A DNA stretch of 54,136 nt from Dehalococcoidia bacterium (GTDB lineage: Bacteria > Chloroflexota > Dehalococcoidia > GIF9 > AB-539-J10): contig JBEKTM010000001.1 in the NCBI GenBank assembly GCA_049516035.1, forward strand, positions 1 through 54,136, written 5' to 3'. The stretch's first letter is position 1, and every line of letters starts with the position of its first letter. The notes under the pieces were generated by a model. It was not told where the DNA came from. It saw only the letters and a list, made by a program, of their open reading frames with translations, and did no database searches. Both the position numbers and the translations under genes were made by a program. This document shows, in pieces, positions 1-9,691 of the stretch.

Positions 1-1875
1 TATACTCCTGTTGTGGTCAATCCGACTGTAATGACCGACGCCAATATTTTTCCCATGAAGCCGAACAGTCTTGTGGGTCTGACGGTCCGGAACGTAACTG
101 ATGGAAGCTCCGGCGTCATCTTGAGCAATACAGCCCAATCAATTACGGCTATCCTGGCCGGGGGCGCTACTAACCAGTGGAACCCCGGCGACGCCTGGAA
201 TTTAACGACGTATCCGTACGCGGTCACATTCAATAAGGACATGATGCTCAAGTGTGAGGGAGATGGTTACGACATCACCGTAGCGTCGCCCTACGTCGTC
301 GATTTCCTGGGAGACCTATCCTGCGAGAGCATTACCGGCGTCGGCAGCAGCGAGATTACCGTCGAGGGCAACTGTACTTTGCAGGAAACGGCCCTCATTA
401 ATGACGGCTTTTTGCACGTCCTGGGTGATTTCTCTGGTGGCACTATCGTCGGTATGGCGGGAAGTGGAAACATCGAAGTGGCCGGAGCCGGGGCTGTCGT
501 TGTCGGTGGGGATTGTGTAACCGGCTCGTTATTAACCGACGCGCCGGTCGGTATTATCATCGTCCGTGGTAATTGCCGGACGCAGGATCGCATCGAAAAT
601 GTAAATACCGGTACCATCGAGGTCTACGGTGACTGCATAGTAGAAACCTTCATTAAAAACGATGCTGGTGGCACTCTGATCTTCTTCGGTAACCTTGTTG
701 TTGGGAACGAAGGGCATATACCGGTTGCAATAGATAATGGAATCGGCACCCTCATCGTCCACCTCAACTGTGAATGCAAGGGGGATTTAACAAATCCTTC
801 CGGTACGGTTGAAGTTGATGGTGATTACATTACGACCGATTATCTAAATAATACCAGTGGTGGGGTTGCCATCAGGGGTTCTTTCCGGTCAGGGGGTGGC
901 TTATCTATGACGGGCGCGGGGGCTGTCGTTATCGGCGGTGATTTTTCAGCAGAGGATGGCATTGATAATACTACCGGGACGATCATCATCCAGGGTGATT
1001 GTTCGTTAGGGGTTGATCTATTACATACGGACGCCGGGACGATAATTATTCGTGGGAATACCTCGGTCGGGAAGGACCTGTCCAACGCATCCGGTATTAT
1101 CAATTTTTACGGTGATTGCTCGGTCAAGGGCGACTTTGCTAATGCGACTGGCATCGTCGATGTCGGCGGCGACTGTTCGACCGGAGCGGCTATAACCAAT
1201 GCGACCGGCTCGGTAATCATAGCCGGCAACGTAAACGATAAGGCTGAAATTTCCCAGACGGATGCCGGTCTCATGGCCGTGTATGGCAACTGCTCGGTGA
1301 GCTTTGCAAACGTTGCGGTCGGCGGCTCTCTTGAGATCAGGGGAAGCCTCGATGCCATGAGCTTCCCGACAACCGTTGACGGTGCGCTCACGGTGCACGG
1401 CGAATCCAATCTATTTTCTATCACAAATACAGGAACGGCGACATTTATCGGTATAGCGCACATTTACGGCGCCATCACCAATACCGGCACGCTCACCTAT
1501 CACGGTGTCTATCCTGAAGTGGCGGTTAATACCACCGCCATCAATGCCGGCGAGACGGATGTTCTGAATCTCGCATTGACCGCCGGTTTTCACTGGACGG
1601 TCGATGACCTGGTCTTGAAGTCCGCTGATCCCGGGGCCAATAAAGTCTACGTGAAGCTCAATAAGCTGGTTAATGGCGTTCTTACAACCATAAACCTTAC
1701 CACCGCCGACCCGAATGGGTTCGAAATTAACAATTTGAATTTCAATCAATACTGGTCGCTCAATGATATGTTCGGCCGGGATATTCTGGCTGGGGATAAC
1801 ATTCAGATTACGGTTAAGGCGAGCGCGGGTGGGCCATACGCGGTGACCGGCAGTTACGCTCACCATAGTGATTAA
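1..1875 (+). CDS. Fibre/adhesin-like beta-helix repeat protein (5' partial)
   Basis: Frame is open to the window edge. About 15 tandem 20-22-aa turns carry G-[DN]-C motifs (VVGGDCVTG, VRGNCRTQ, VYGDCIVE, QGDCSLG...). The N-terminal YTPVVVNPTVMTDANI...NQWNPG segment is paralogous to the ORF at 53713. Confidence 0.75.
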   Translation, partial: YTPVVVNPTVMTDANIFPMKPNSLVGLTVRNVTDGSSGVILSNTAQSITAILAGGATNQWNPGDAWNLTTYPYAVTFNKDMMLKCEGDGYDITVASPYVVDFLGDLSCESITGVGSSEITVEGNCTLQETALINDGFLHVLGDFSGGTIVGMAGSGNIEVAGAGAVVVGGDCVTGSLLTDAPVGIIIVRGNCRTQDRIENVNTGTIEVYGDCIVETFIKNDAGGTLIFFGNLVVGNEGHIPVAIDNGIGTLIVHLNCECKGDLTNPSGTVEVDGDYITTDYLNNTSGGVAIRGSFRSGGGLSMTGAGAVVIGGDFSAEDGIDNTTGTIIIQGDCSLGVDLLHTDAGTIIIRGNTSVGKDLSNASGIINFYGDCSVKGDFANATGIVDVGGDCSTGAAITNATGSVIIAGNVNDKAEISQTDAGLMAVYGNCSVSFANVAVGGSLEIRGSLDAMSFPTTVDGALTVHGESNLFSITNTGTATFIGIAHIYGAITNTGTLTYHGVYPEVAVNTTAINAGETDVLNLALTAGFHWTVDDLVLKSADPGANKVYVKLNKLVNGVLTTINLTTADPNGFEINNLNFNQYWSLNDMFGRDILAGDNIQITVKASAGGPYAVTGSYAHHSD

Positions 1876-1878
1876 AAC

Positions 1879-2391
1879 ATGATTGGCGACAATTTAATAC
1901 AGCAGACCGCTGAAATCATCGATGATCATTTTCATAACTATGAAAATGTTTTTGGCGTAGCTGCAGTCCCGACTGCTACTCATTTCGGAGATCTCGAGGG
2001 CTTGAATCCTTTCCATCTTGTGAGTGGAGCCGCCGCATTTGGAGCGGCGGTCGGGTTAATTGGTACGGCTGACACTCCGGTAAGACCGGAGAAGATTTTA
2101 TTCGATCCAAGAAGGGTATCGATTACCGATACATCGAGCGCTAATCCATATATTTTGAGAATTATCTGGGGTACGCCGGCTCAGACGCCGGCCCAGGCAG
2201 TTATTGCCAAGCAATATACCGATCAGGTGATACAACAGCAAACAGCGAACGGTCAGAATAAACCACAGGATATTTGGTGTGTGAGGATTCCCACCGGCTA
2301 TCAGTTATGGGGAGAAGTCAAGAGTGCCACCAATCTTGCCAGCATCGATATTTTAATTATGATGCACGAATATCCGTCGCCCTCACCTTAA
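1879..2391 (+). CDS. Hypothetical protein (virion module)
   Basis: 170-aa ORF packed 3 nt after the upstream stop, co-directional. No motif recognised. Confidence 0.6.
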   Translation: MIGDNLIQQTAEIIDDHFHNYENVFGVAAVPTATHFGDLEGLNPFHLVSGAAAFGAAVGLIGTADTPVRPEKILFDPRRVSITDTSSANPYILRIIWGTPAQTPAQAVIAKQYTDQVIQQQTANGQNKPQDIWCVRIPTGYQLWGEVKSATNLASIDILIMMHEYPSPSP

Positions 2392-2400
2392 AGGAATAAC

Positions 2401-4719
2401 ATGATTGGTGAAAAAGAAATATTAGCTGCAATAAACAGTATTTCGACTACGCTTGCGACTGGGACCTTGACTACCTCGTCTACCACCGTTCCAGCCGATA
2501 CTGGACGTACCGAAGTCGACCATTATTGGGATGGGTGTATCTTAATGCCGATCTCTGGCGTTGATGCTTTCCAGCCCAGGATAATAAATTCATTCGCCAA
2601 TGCTGGCGGTGTTTTTACCCTTGATACTCCGCTCACAACAGCGCCAGGACTCGTAACTTATTCAATATTACCTAACCAGATCCCGGCCGTTCTTGCTACT
2701 TTGAATATGGCCGTTCCGGCCCCCGATTCAATCGCAAATGTTATCATGCGGGATGTTGTCGGAAACAAGGCGGATACCTCAAAATATTCTATCGCGGCCA
2801 CCCAGTCATTGGTTGCCATGCTTAAAGGAGTTTTGGCTTCCAGTATAGTGACCAACGGTACATTCACAACATCTTCAGCGACTGTGCCGGCTGATACCGG
2901 GAGAGCTGAAGCAACTAATTTCTGGAACGGTTGCACATTGATTCCCTTAACCGGTGCTGATGCGTTCCAACCGAGAGTAATCAAGTCATTTAATAATGCT
3001 GGCGGTGTGTTTACGATGGATATCGCTTTCACCGCCGCCACTGGCACGGTAGCCTATATTATATTGCCATCTCAAATTCCGGCTGACGTTGCCACCATTC
3101 TCGCTGATCTGGCAGTCCCTGGTGCTGATGTGGTAACGAATACCCTTGAGCGAGACGTTGTTGGAAACAAAACAGATGCAGCGAAATACGCGCCAGCGGC
3201 AACTCAAAGCATTATTGCCATGCTCAAGGGGCTTCTGGGTTCATCGTTAGTAGCCACAGGTACTTTCACGACATCCTCATCGACCGTGCCTGCGGATACA
3301 GGCAGGGCGGAGGCCAGCAGTTATTGGAAGGGATGCATTTTATTACCATTGACCGGCTCCGACGCATTCCAGCCGCGCTATATAATCGGTTTCAACAACA
3401 TCGGCGGCGTGTTCACGGTTGACCCCAATAATCCGTTTACCGCTGTTACTGGCTTAGTCGCCTATGCCATCCTGGCCGCGCAGACCGATTTCGTCCCCGC
3501 GGCGGATAGCGTCAATAACAATCAGCCGGAAGATGTTATTGGTAACAAGACGGATACGAATTCCGGTAACTCAATCATGGCCTCACAAAAGGTTCAGGCT
3601 GCCGATAACGCCGCCAATGTACTTTCTCGGGATGTTATCGGAAATAAGACAGATACGGTATCCAGCGGTTCTCTCCAGGGATTAAACCGGGTGCAGACGG
3701 CCGATAACGCTGCCAATACCAACATGAGGGATGTTGTTGGTAATAAAGCCGATACTGCCTCTACTACGATCAATGGTACCACATCGATTATGCGATACCT
3801 GAAGGGTATCATGGGATGGTTCCTTGTTCCTGGTGCTGATTCAGCGGCTGACACTGTCGAGAGGGATGTAGTAGGCGATAAAACCGATACGGCCAGTACA
3901 ACCATTAACGGTACCACCAGTTTAATGCGCTACTTGAAAGGTCTGCTTGGTCTTCATCCCGTCCCTGCTGCTGATTCAGCCAATAATATCAACATGCGGG
4001 ATGTAATCGGTAACAAAACCGATACTATAGTTTCCGGCTCGCTCCAAGGCACGACCAGAGCTCAAGTCGCTGACTCGGCCGCAAATAACAATATGCGTGA
4101 CGTTATCGGTAACAAGACCGACGCCGTTGTTCAGGCAGTGGCTGCCGGTAAGTCGATTATGGGGTATATCAAGGGTCTTATCACCTCGATCGGTAATCCA
4201 TCGGCGCATACTCTCGTGTCTTTGACCGCCAAGTGGGGAAACATCGCTCGTGATCTTACTACTATCCTCGGCGCGAGATGGAATGCCGCTGGCGATCTTG
4301 GTACTGACATTGCGGCCATTCTTGTCCTTGATGATAAAAAAGTAATTGGCAAGACCCAGATATTCGTAAAAGCCATTGCATCGGCGGCTAACGCTGGCGC
4401 TGTGGTAGCCGCCACGATTACTACTCAATCCTGTCTGATTAAGTCGATTGTTGTCCGCTCGAACGCTGCGACTACTGCCGACTTGACCAATATCACGATT
4501 AAGGGTGGCGCTGGTCTGGTGGTAACATTTATTGACGCTGTGACGGGTGTCAGAGCGAATATCGCCGCTGCCGACCAGCAGGTAGCCTGGACAGGCGCTG
4601 TAGCTCTGGTAGCAGCTAAAACGATTACCATAACGTTAACGGGAACGGGTGCTACCGCCGTTGATCTCACCATAACCTTCGAATACGAAGCGTTGGTTGA
4701 CGGAGGTTATTTAGCTTAA
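2401..4719 (+). CDS. Large repeat-containing fibre/adhesin-like protein
   Basis: 772-aa ORF with an AAGGA RBS. Contains three ~132-aa tandem domains (GT[LF]TTSS.TVPADTGR...W.GC...DAFQPR) followed by 8 copies of AD..(A)N...RDV[IV]GNK[TA]D. Confidence 0.75.
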   Translation: MIGEKEILAAINSISTTLATGTLTTSSTTVPADTGRTEVDHYWDGCILMPISGVDAFQPRIINSFANAGGVFTLDTPLTTAPGLVTYSILPNQIPAVLATLNMAVPAPDSIANVIMRDVVGNKADTSKYSIAATQSLVAMLKGVLASSIVTNGTFTTSSATVPADTGRAEATNFWNGCTLIPLTGADAFQPRVIKSFNNAGGVFTMDIAFTAATGTVAYIILPSQIPADVATILADLAVPGADVVTNTLERDVVGNKTDAAKYAPAATQSIIAMLKGLLGSSLVATGTFTTSSSTVPADTGRAEASSYWKGCILLPLTGSDAFQPRYIIGFNNIGGVFTVDPNNPFTAVTGLVAYAILAAQTDFVPAADSVNNNQPEDVIGNKTDTNSGNSIMASQKVQAADNAANVLSRDVIGNKTDTVSSGSLQGLNRVQTADNAANTNMRDVVGNKADTASTTINGTTSIMRYLKGIMGWFLVPGADSAADTVERDVVGDKTDTASTTINGTTSLMRYLKGLLGLHPVPAADSANNINMRDVIGNKTDTIVSGSLQGTTRAQVADSAANNNMRDVIGNKTDAVVQAVAAGKSIMGYIKGLITSIGNPSAHTLVSLTAKWGNIARDLTTILGARWNAAGDLGTDIAAILVLDDKKVIGKTQIFVKAIASAANAGAVVAATITTQSCLIKSIVVRSNAATTADLTNITIKGGAGLVVTFIDAVTGVRANIAAADQQVAWTGAVALVAAKTITITLTGTGATAVDLTITFEYEALVDGGYLA

Positions 4720-5156
4720 TGATTTACGTTAATGGCGTTGCTTCATCATCGGGCGTAATATTAAAGCCTTCGGCGACGGTGAGAAATACCGCGAAAAATT
4801 GCGCCGATGTAAACACAATACCCGATCATGTCTATACTGAAGTGGCGAGGCTAACAATCGGAGAAAAAATAACAGGCGCTATTACGATTAGCGTCACCTT
4901 TACAAATTCGGCCGCGTGTCTTTATAAATTCTTGGAAAATGGCGTCTTGATCGGGACGGCGGACGTAAACCCCGGCGCGGCGCAAGCCCACACAGTCACG
5001 GTGAATACCAATAACGTCTCAGGCGGGGCTAATTCTATTGCCAGTGGCGATTATTTCGCTTTAATGGTCGAAGGCAATACCGGAACCGTCAATATTACTA
5101 CCATTTCAATCTCACCAACATTTGATATTGACGCGAGTAATATATCCGCGACGTAA
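4719..5156 (+). CDS. Hypothetical protein
   Basis: 145-aa ORF. Its start overlaps the upstream stop (TAATG). Confidence 0.6.
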   Translation: MIYVNGVASSSGVILKPSATVRNTAKNCADVNTIPDHVYTEVARLTIGEKITGAITISVTFTNSAACLYKFLENGVLIGTADVNPGAAQAHTVTVNTNNVSGGANSIASGDYFALMVEGNTGTVNITTISISPTFDIDASNISAT

Positions 5157-5381
5157 AGGGGGGAATATAAAAGTTAAAGATTTACTGAGCTTAATATCGG
5201 GCGGCTTTTCCCTGGCTTCGCTTCTTTTCTGCCTTTACAACTTCATCTCGGTTGTCTGGGAGCTATTACACCCAATGTAACAACTTATCTTGCTCCGGGA
5301 AATGGTGTTACTCAGGTCAATGAAATTAAGCTTCGAGCAACCGCTCCCGGCCTGCTTGGAAATCTGTTTGTTCAACAGAGG

Positions 5382-5597
5382 GTGGCTAGTGGAGCCGGTG
5401 GTACGACCGAGGTTTATACAGTGCGGGTAAACGGTGTAAATACTGCCATTACCTGTACTTTGAACAACGTCCTGATTGGGAGTGATATTACCCATTCAGT
5501 GCGGGTCGCAGCTGGAGACGCCATCAGTATTAGCGTGACTTCAAATAATGCTGTAGATACCAGTGCCGATATGATAGCATCGCTACTAATCTCGTAA
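5382..5597 (+). CDS. Hypothetical protein, N-terminus unresolved
   Basis: GTG-started 71-aa ORF, but the same frame is open and protein-like from 5178 with no ATG/GTG/TTG. Confidence 0.4.
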   Translation: MASGAGGTTEVYTVRVNGVNTAITCTLNNVLIGSDITHSVRVAAGDAISISVTSNNAVDTSADMIASLLIS

Positions 5598-5607
5598 GGA
5601 GTTTGAA

Positions 5608-5958
5608 ATGCCAAGAACAATTACAACTGAATTTCACCTGACTCAAATCAAGGAGTATTCCTGGACGGTTAAGGTTAACGTTCCACACGCTCAGGTGATT
5701 GAGAATTATGTTGTCACAGATGATGAATTCACGGCGACGCCCGAAGGTCTAAAACAGCTTCCTGTCGAATTTTCCGCTGATGAGCAGGCGGCACTGGATG
5801 GATTAATGTTACGCGCCTTAAAACGGGCGGCTATCCGTGAAGAGGTGGACGTCGAGCCGCAGATTAAACCGACTACCGATACCGTCGATGAGATTGCCGA
5901 TGTTATCCCGGTCGGAACCATAACCGTAAAACCGATTGGGAAACTCGTCGTTGAATAG
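5608..5958 (+). CDS. Hypothetical protein
   Basis: 116-aa ORF with TAAGGAG RBS. Confidence 0.65.
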   Translation: MPRTITTEFHLTQIKEYSWTVKVNVPHAQVIENYVVTDDEFTATPEGLKQLPVEFSADEQAALDGLMLRALKRAAIREEVDVEPQIKPTTDTVDEIADVIPVGTITVKPIGKLVVE

Positions 5959-6019
5959 CGGAAAGTGGCTGGAGAAGAACAAGAAGGAAACCAAAGACCA
6001 AGAGTAAGGCGGTTAAAAT

Positions 6020-6469
6020 ATGGACAGGAATGAAAAGATCGCGATTGGAGTAGTAGGGGGTACATTGTTTTTAGGGGGTATCGTTTACGCGGTTACCAGG
6101 CCAAGCGAAGGAAAACCAACTCCAGGTACTGGTCCAGCTTCTTTTACTGTTAGGGTAGTAAATCTTCCGGCTGGTGCTGACCATTGGAGTTTGGCTTTTC
6201 AAAATCCCACTACGGGTATTTGGTATCAACGAGCGAATCTTCCTTTCCCACCGCCTCCTGGAGCCGGCTTGTTACTTCCAACTGATGTTGCGCCAATGTC
6301 TGTGCCCGTCTCTGCTGGAATTCTTTCTATTGGTGCCGCGGCAGGAAGTGGCGGTACAGGGAATAACGGAGTAGTAGTTCCGATTGTTGTAGCAAGCTAC
6401 GAAATTAATATCTCCGTTGTGAATGGGGGCTCATATACATTTGATTTCAATACACAAGTATTAAGTTAA
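6020..6469 (+). CDS. Membrane-anchored hypothetical protein
   Basis: 149-aa ORF. N-terminal hydrophobic helix (IAIGVVGGTLFLGGIVYAV). Confidence 0.6.
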   Translation: MDRNEKIAIGVVGGTLFLGGIVYAVTRPSEGKPTPGTGPASFTVRVVNLPAGADHWSLAFQNPTTGIWYQRANLPFPPPPGAGLLLPTDVAPMSVPVSAGILSIGAAAGSGGTGNNGVVVPIVVASYEINISVVNGGSYTFDFNTQVLS

Positions 6470-6481
6470 GGAGGGTCTAAC

Positions 6482-6808
6482 GTGGCTAATATTGTAGTTC
6501 CAACTGGACAAAGAGTTCTTACGGTTCCAATTACGGTAGTACCAGCTGGACAGGCGTTTTCTGCCTCTGTCTATCTTTCTAGTGATTCAGCCGGCCTTAA
6601 TTCAGTTGCAGCAGGATCACAGGTTACGGCACCGACATCTACCGGGGTAGCTCAGAATGTAGCCCTACCAGTTGCAGCGCCTGCAAGTGGATCCGGGCTT
6701 TACGCTTGGGTTGTTGTCTATGTAAACGGTGCTTACTGGGGTACGTTTAGCCAGATTAACACCGTAACGATTGGTGGTGTCACTGTCGGTCAAGGTACCT
6801 GGTCTTAA
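6482..6808 (+). CDS. Hypothetical protein, paralog of the N-terminus of 6828..7643
   Basis: GTG start with AAGGAGGG RBS. The LTVPI.V.PG...VYLS.D..G.N.V...YAWVVV..NG..WG motif is shared with the next ORF. Confidence 0.6.
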   Translation: MANIVVPTGQRVLTVPITVVPAGQAFSASVYLSSDSAGLNSVAAGSQVTAPTSTGVAQNVALPVAAPASGSGLYAWVVVYVNGAYWGTFSQINTVTIGGVTVGQGTWS

Positions 6809-6827
6809 ATTATAACCGAGGCGGAAA

Positions 6828-7643
6828 ATGGCCATATTAACAGCGGGAGCACACGTGCTTACCGTTCCGATTATTGTATCGCCGGGGATTACTTGGGGAG
6901 GTTATGTTTACCTGTCTACTGATGCGCTTGGTGCCAATCCGGTATCAGGTGCGACAGGTACGATAGTGACTTCACCCAATAAATCCAATGGGTTAGCACA
7001 AAATATATCTCTACCGGTTAATGTGCCATCCAACGGTGGGCCCTTTTATGCTTGGGTAGTAGTTTTATTGAATGGTTCATTCTGGGGTGTTTATTCTCAA
7101 AATGAACTGGTATCTCTCCCATTCATTTATCAATCCGGTGCCGTCCAGCTCTTCGACGTCAACGGAATACCCTTCTCGGATATCGGCCATGATGACGTTA
7201 CGGGACTGGACTACGTGACGCTGGCCAATCCGATAATTTCGCCCACCGTGCAGGGTATATCAATCGATTGGCTGGTGAGCCAGTATCCGCTGTATTACGG
7301 TGTGATTAATGGACAGACGCAAAGCATGTACGGCCTGATCTACGCCTCCATCGATTACATCAACCAGGCCACCGGACAGGATGAGATATTCCGGTCAGCG
7401 GACGGCGTTGCCCAATCAGCGAGGAACTTCTTCAACTGGCAACAAAATGGTTACCTGTCATTACCGGCGCCCGGGTCCATGGTGAACACGCCGATCAACC
7501 AGACTAACATAATGGGACGTCCGACCCTCTACGTCGATGAGCCGATCGATGGTATCCTCACACTGAATATCGCCCAGGGAAGATATCTGACGCCGGCCGG
7601 TGGATTATCGCTCAGGATCAAAAACCTGATGCGGCCTTCATAA
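6828..7643 (+). CDS. Hypothetical protein (N-terminal domain paralogous to 6482..6808)
   Basis: 271-aa ORF. Shares an N-terminal ~95-aa domain with the upstream ORF. Confidence 0.65.
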   Translation: MAILTAGAHVLTVPIIVSPGITWGGYVYLSTDALGANPVSGATGTIVTSPNKSNGLAQNISLPVNVPSNGGPFYAWVVVLLNGSFWGVYSQNELVSLPFIYQSGAVQLFDVNGIPFSDIGHDDVTGLDYVTLANPIISPTVQGISIDWLVSQYPLYYGVINGQTQSMYGLIYASIDYINQATGQDEIFRSADGVAQSARNFFNWQQNGYLSLPAPGSMVNTPINQTNIMGRPTLYVDEPIDGILTLNIAQGRYLTPAGGLSLRIKNLMRPS

Positions 7644-7661
7644 TTTTCATGGAGAAAAGAT

Positions 7662-8597
7662 ATGCCTGAAATCAAACTCGGAAAGTTACCGGCCCGGGTA
7701 GATAAGAGAACTATAAAGCTCTCCTCGATTCTCCGACCGGCTCTCCTGCCGCCGATTCCGGATACTTTCGATATTCATGCCGCGCTTGGAGTTTCCGACA
7801 GTTCTATGTATCTCAACGATATATACGGAGATTGTGTCATCGCTGGCCGTGCCCACATGACGCTTCCGTTCGAGAAATTTCAGCAAGGCATTCAGATTCA
7901 GATATCTGATGATGAGATCAAAAATGAGTATTTCGCCGAGACCGGAGGCCAGGATACCGGGCTCGTTATGCTCGATTCTCTGAACGTCTGGAGAAAAGAG
8001 GGGTGGACAGCCGGTGGAAAACATTATGATATATACGCTTTTGCTTCTCTTGATTGGACAAATCATGATGAGGTCAGGGCCGCCATTTATCTTCTGAGGG
8101 GCATCTATCTTGGCTTCCAGGTGCCGCAGTCTGCCATCGACCAGTTCAACGCCGGCAAGATCTGGGACGTTGTAACACCGGATGGAGGCATCCAGGGCGG
8201 ACATTGCATCTATACTTTCGCTTTTATCGATATCGTCGGTTATAACGAAATAGGGCCGGTCTGTATGACCTGGGGACGCCGGCAGCAAATGACCTGGCGT
8301 TTCTGGGATTCTCAAGTTGACGAAGCGTATGTTGTGATCGACAACATCAATAAATGGCAGAATCCGGCGACCGATCCCCTTGACATCCCGGCGCTTGTAG
8401 CATATCTTAACGAGATAACCCATGTTATTCCGCCGGTCGAGCCTCCGGCGCCGCCGACTCCCCCGGCTCCGGTACCGCCCGGGCCGACCCCTTCTACTTG
8501 CCCGGTCGGAAACGGTATGGCGAAGGCATTCAGTGTTTTGCCGGGTATTCTCAGAAGACAGGGCAGGTTTTTATATATGAATCCGCCAAGAAAATAA
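7662..8597 (+). CDS. Putative papain-fold cysteine peptidase (endolysin candidate) with Pro-rich C-terminal linker
   Basis: Candidate Cys/His pair: YGDCVIAGRAHM ... IQGGHCIYTF. Pro-rich PPVEPPAPPTPPAPVPPGP tract. Sits directly upstream of holin-like membrane ORFs. The family was not identified. Confidence 0.45.
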   Translation: MPEIKLGKLPARVDKRTIKLSSILRPALLPPIPDTFDIHAALGVSDSSMYLNDIYGDCVIAGRAHMTLPFEKFQQGIQIQISDDEIKNEYFAETGGQDTGLVMLDSLNVWRKEGWTAGGKHYDIYAFASLDWTNHDEVRAAIYLLRGIYLGFQVPQSAIDQFNAGKIWDVVTPDGGIQGGHCIYTFAFIDIVGYNEIGPVCMTWGRRQQMTWRFWDSQVDEAYVVIDNINKWQNPATDPLDIPALVAYLNEITHVIPPVEPPAPPTPPAPVPPGPTPSTCPVGNGMAKAFSVLPGILRRQGRFLYMNPPRK

Positions 8598-8617
8598 TCG
8601 TTCAATAAGGAGGTCTT

Positions 8618-8842
8618 ATGGATTGGAGTTTTTTAAAGGCTAAGTTTTTCTATCTGAATTTGATTGCTCTTGTGATACTGGCCGTCCAGTATTTCATCAG
8701 CAACCAGATGTTCACCCAGTATCTTGCGTGGGAAGGGTTGATCGTAGTTCTGCTTAACGCCATTGCCGGGATGATTCAGGGAAACCAGGTAGCCAAGCTC
8801 AAGAAGAATCTCGTGCAGGGTTCCAAACCAGATACGAAATAA
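8618..8842 (+). CDS. Holin-like small membrane protein
   Basis: 74 aa with two hydrophobic helices and a charged C-terminus. AAGGAGG RBS. Position is after the peptidase. Confidence 0.5.
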   Translation: MDWSFLKAKFFYLNLIALVILAVQYFISNQMFTQYLAWEGLIVVLLNAIAGMIQGNQVAKLKKNLVQGSKPDTK

Positions 8843-8863
8843 AAATTAAGAGAGGTTCTCGCC

Positions 8864-9232
8864 GTGGACAATACTTTAACTATCATCGCTGTCATCATTG
8901 CGGCTATCGGAACCATTGGAATTAATGCTATGGTTTTCTCATACTTTCTCGGAAAGAGAAATCAGATAATAGATGATCACGAGAAAAGGCTTATGACAAT
9001 AGAAAAAGAGAATTCCTCTATTTCTGATATCAAGCTGAGCATCGCACGCGTGGAAGCCGATGTTAAAGCAATAAGGGAAAGTCCGATTTTTGTCGATGGT
9101 ACGATCAACACATTAATCGGTGTTTGCCAGGACTATAAACAGATCACAGATCAGATAAGGACTAATACCGGTAAGATACAGACTCTCGAAACTGAAATGA
9201 GAATGCACCTGGGAGATAATCCTAAAAACTAA
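8864..9232 (+). CDS. Membrane-anchored coiled-coil protein (lysis accessory?)
   Basis: GTG start. N-terminal TM helix (IIAVIIAAIGTIGINAMVF) followed by heptad-like sequence. Confidence 0.45.
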   Translation: MDNTLTIIAVIIAAIGTIGINAMVFSYFLGKRNQIIDDHEKRLMTIEKENSSISDIKLSIARVEADVKAIRESPIFVDGTINTLIGVCQDYKQITDQIRTNTGKIQTLETEMRMHLGDNPKN

Positions 9233-9240
9233 GGAGACTT

Positions 9241-9684
9241 ATGGCAAATATAGAGGATTGCACCACGAGGGCAGAACAATTACTGGATGCAATCATGGAG
9301 ATCTCCGCGATGCAGCACTCTATTGACGATATGCTATCCAGAGATTATAAAGAGATTCCCGAGGGGTGCGTTCCCGAGCTATTCCGCGAAAGTGAAGAGG
9401 CGGTCGGCTCATGCAGCCTCAGCGGGGATGAGTCCAGGGACCTGGCCCACAAACAGCGGAAAATGGTCAAGGAAAAATTAAATAAACTTTCGGATGAGCT
9501 CCGCGCGTCTTCCTCCCAGCCCGGAGATGATTATGACCGGCTGGCGAATGTCGTCAAGGGAGAGGCTGACCTGATTGACGGAGACGGTATAACCAGCGTT
9601 GTCGCTCTTGAGGGAATTAACGAGATTATCGCCGCCAATATTTCAAAGATGTTCTCGGAATTCAATGAGTGCGTAAGGGGGTAG
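9241..9684 (+). CDS. Acidic hypothetical protein
   Basis: 147-aa ORF with AAGGAG RBS. Confidence 0.6.
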   Translation: MANIEDCTTRAEQLLDAIMEISAMQHSIDDMLSRDYKEIPEGCVPELFRESEEAVGSCSLSGDESRDLAHKQRKMVKEKLNKLSDELRASSSQPGDDYDRLANVVKGEADLIDGDGITSVVALEGINEIIAANISKMFSEFNECVRG

Positions 9685-9691
9685 GTAGTAT

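Noticed and set aside
1-194. The similarity between the window start (1-194) and end (53943-54136) could indicate a terminal repeat or circular closure of a complete genome.
   Set aside because: The two segments are clearly diverged at the DNA level, with many substitutions of all kinds. They also lie at different positions within their proteins: residue ~77 onward of the last ORF against the first visible residue of the first ORF. They are paralogous gene segments, not an overlap.
2401-4719. A diversity-generating retroelement (template and variable repeat pair) in the repeat-rich fibre genes.
   Set aside because: I found no reverse-transcriptase-like ORF (no YxDD-type polymerase motif; the YVDD at 38320 belongs to RusA). 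Differences between the repeat copies are not restricted to adenine positions.
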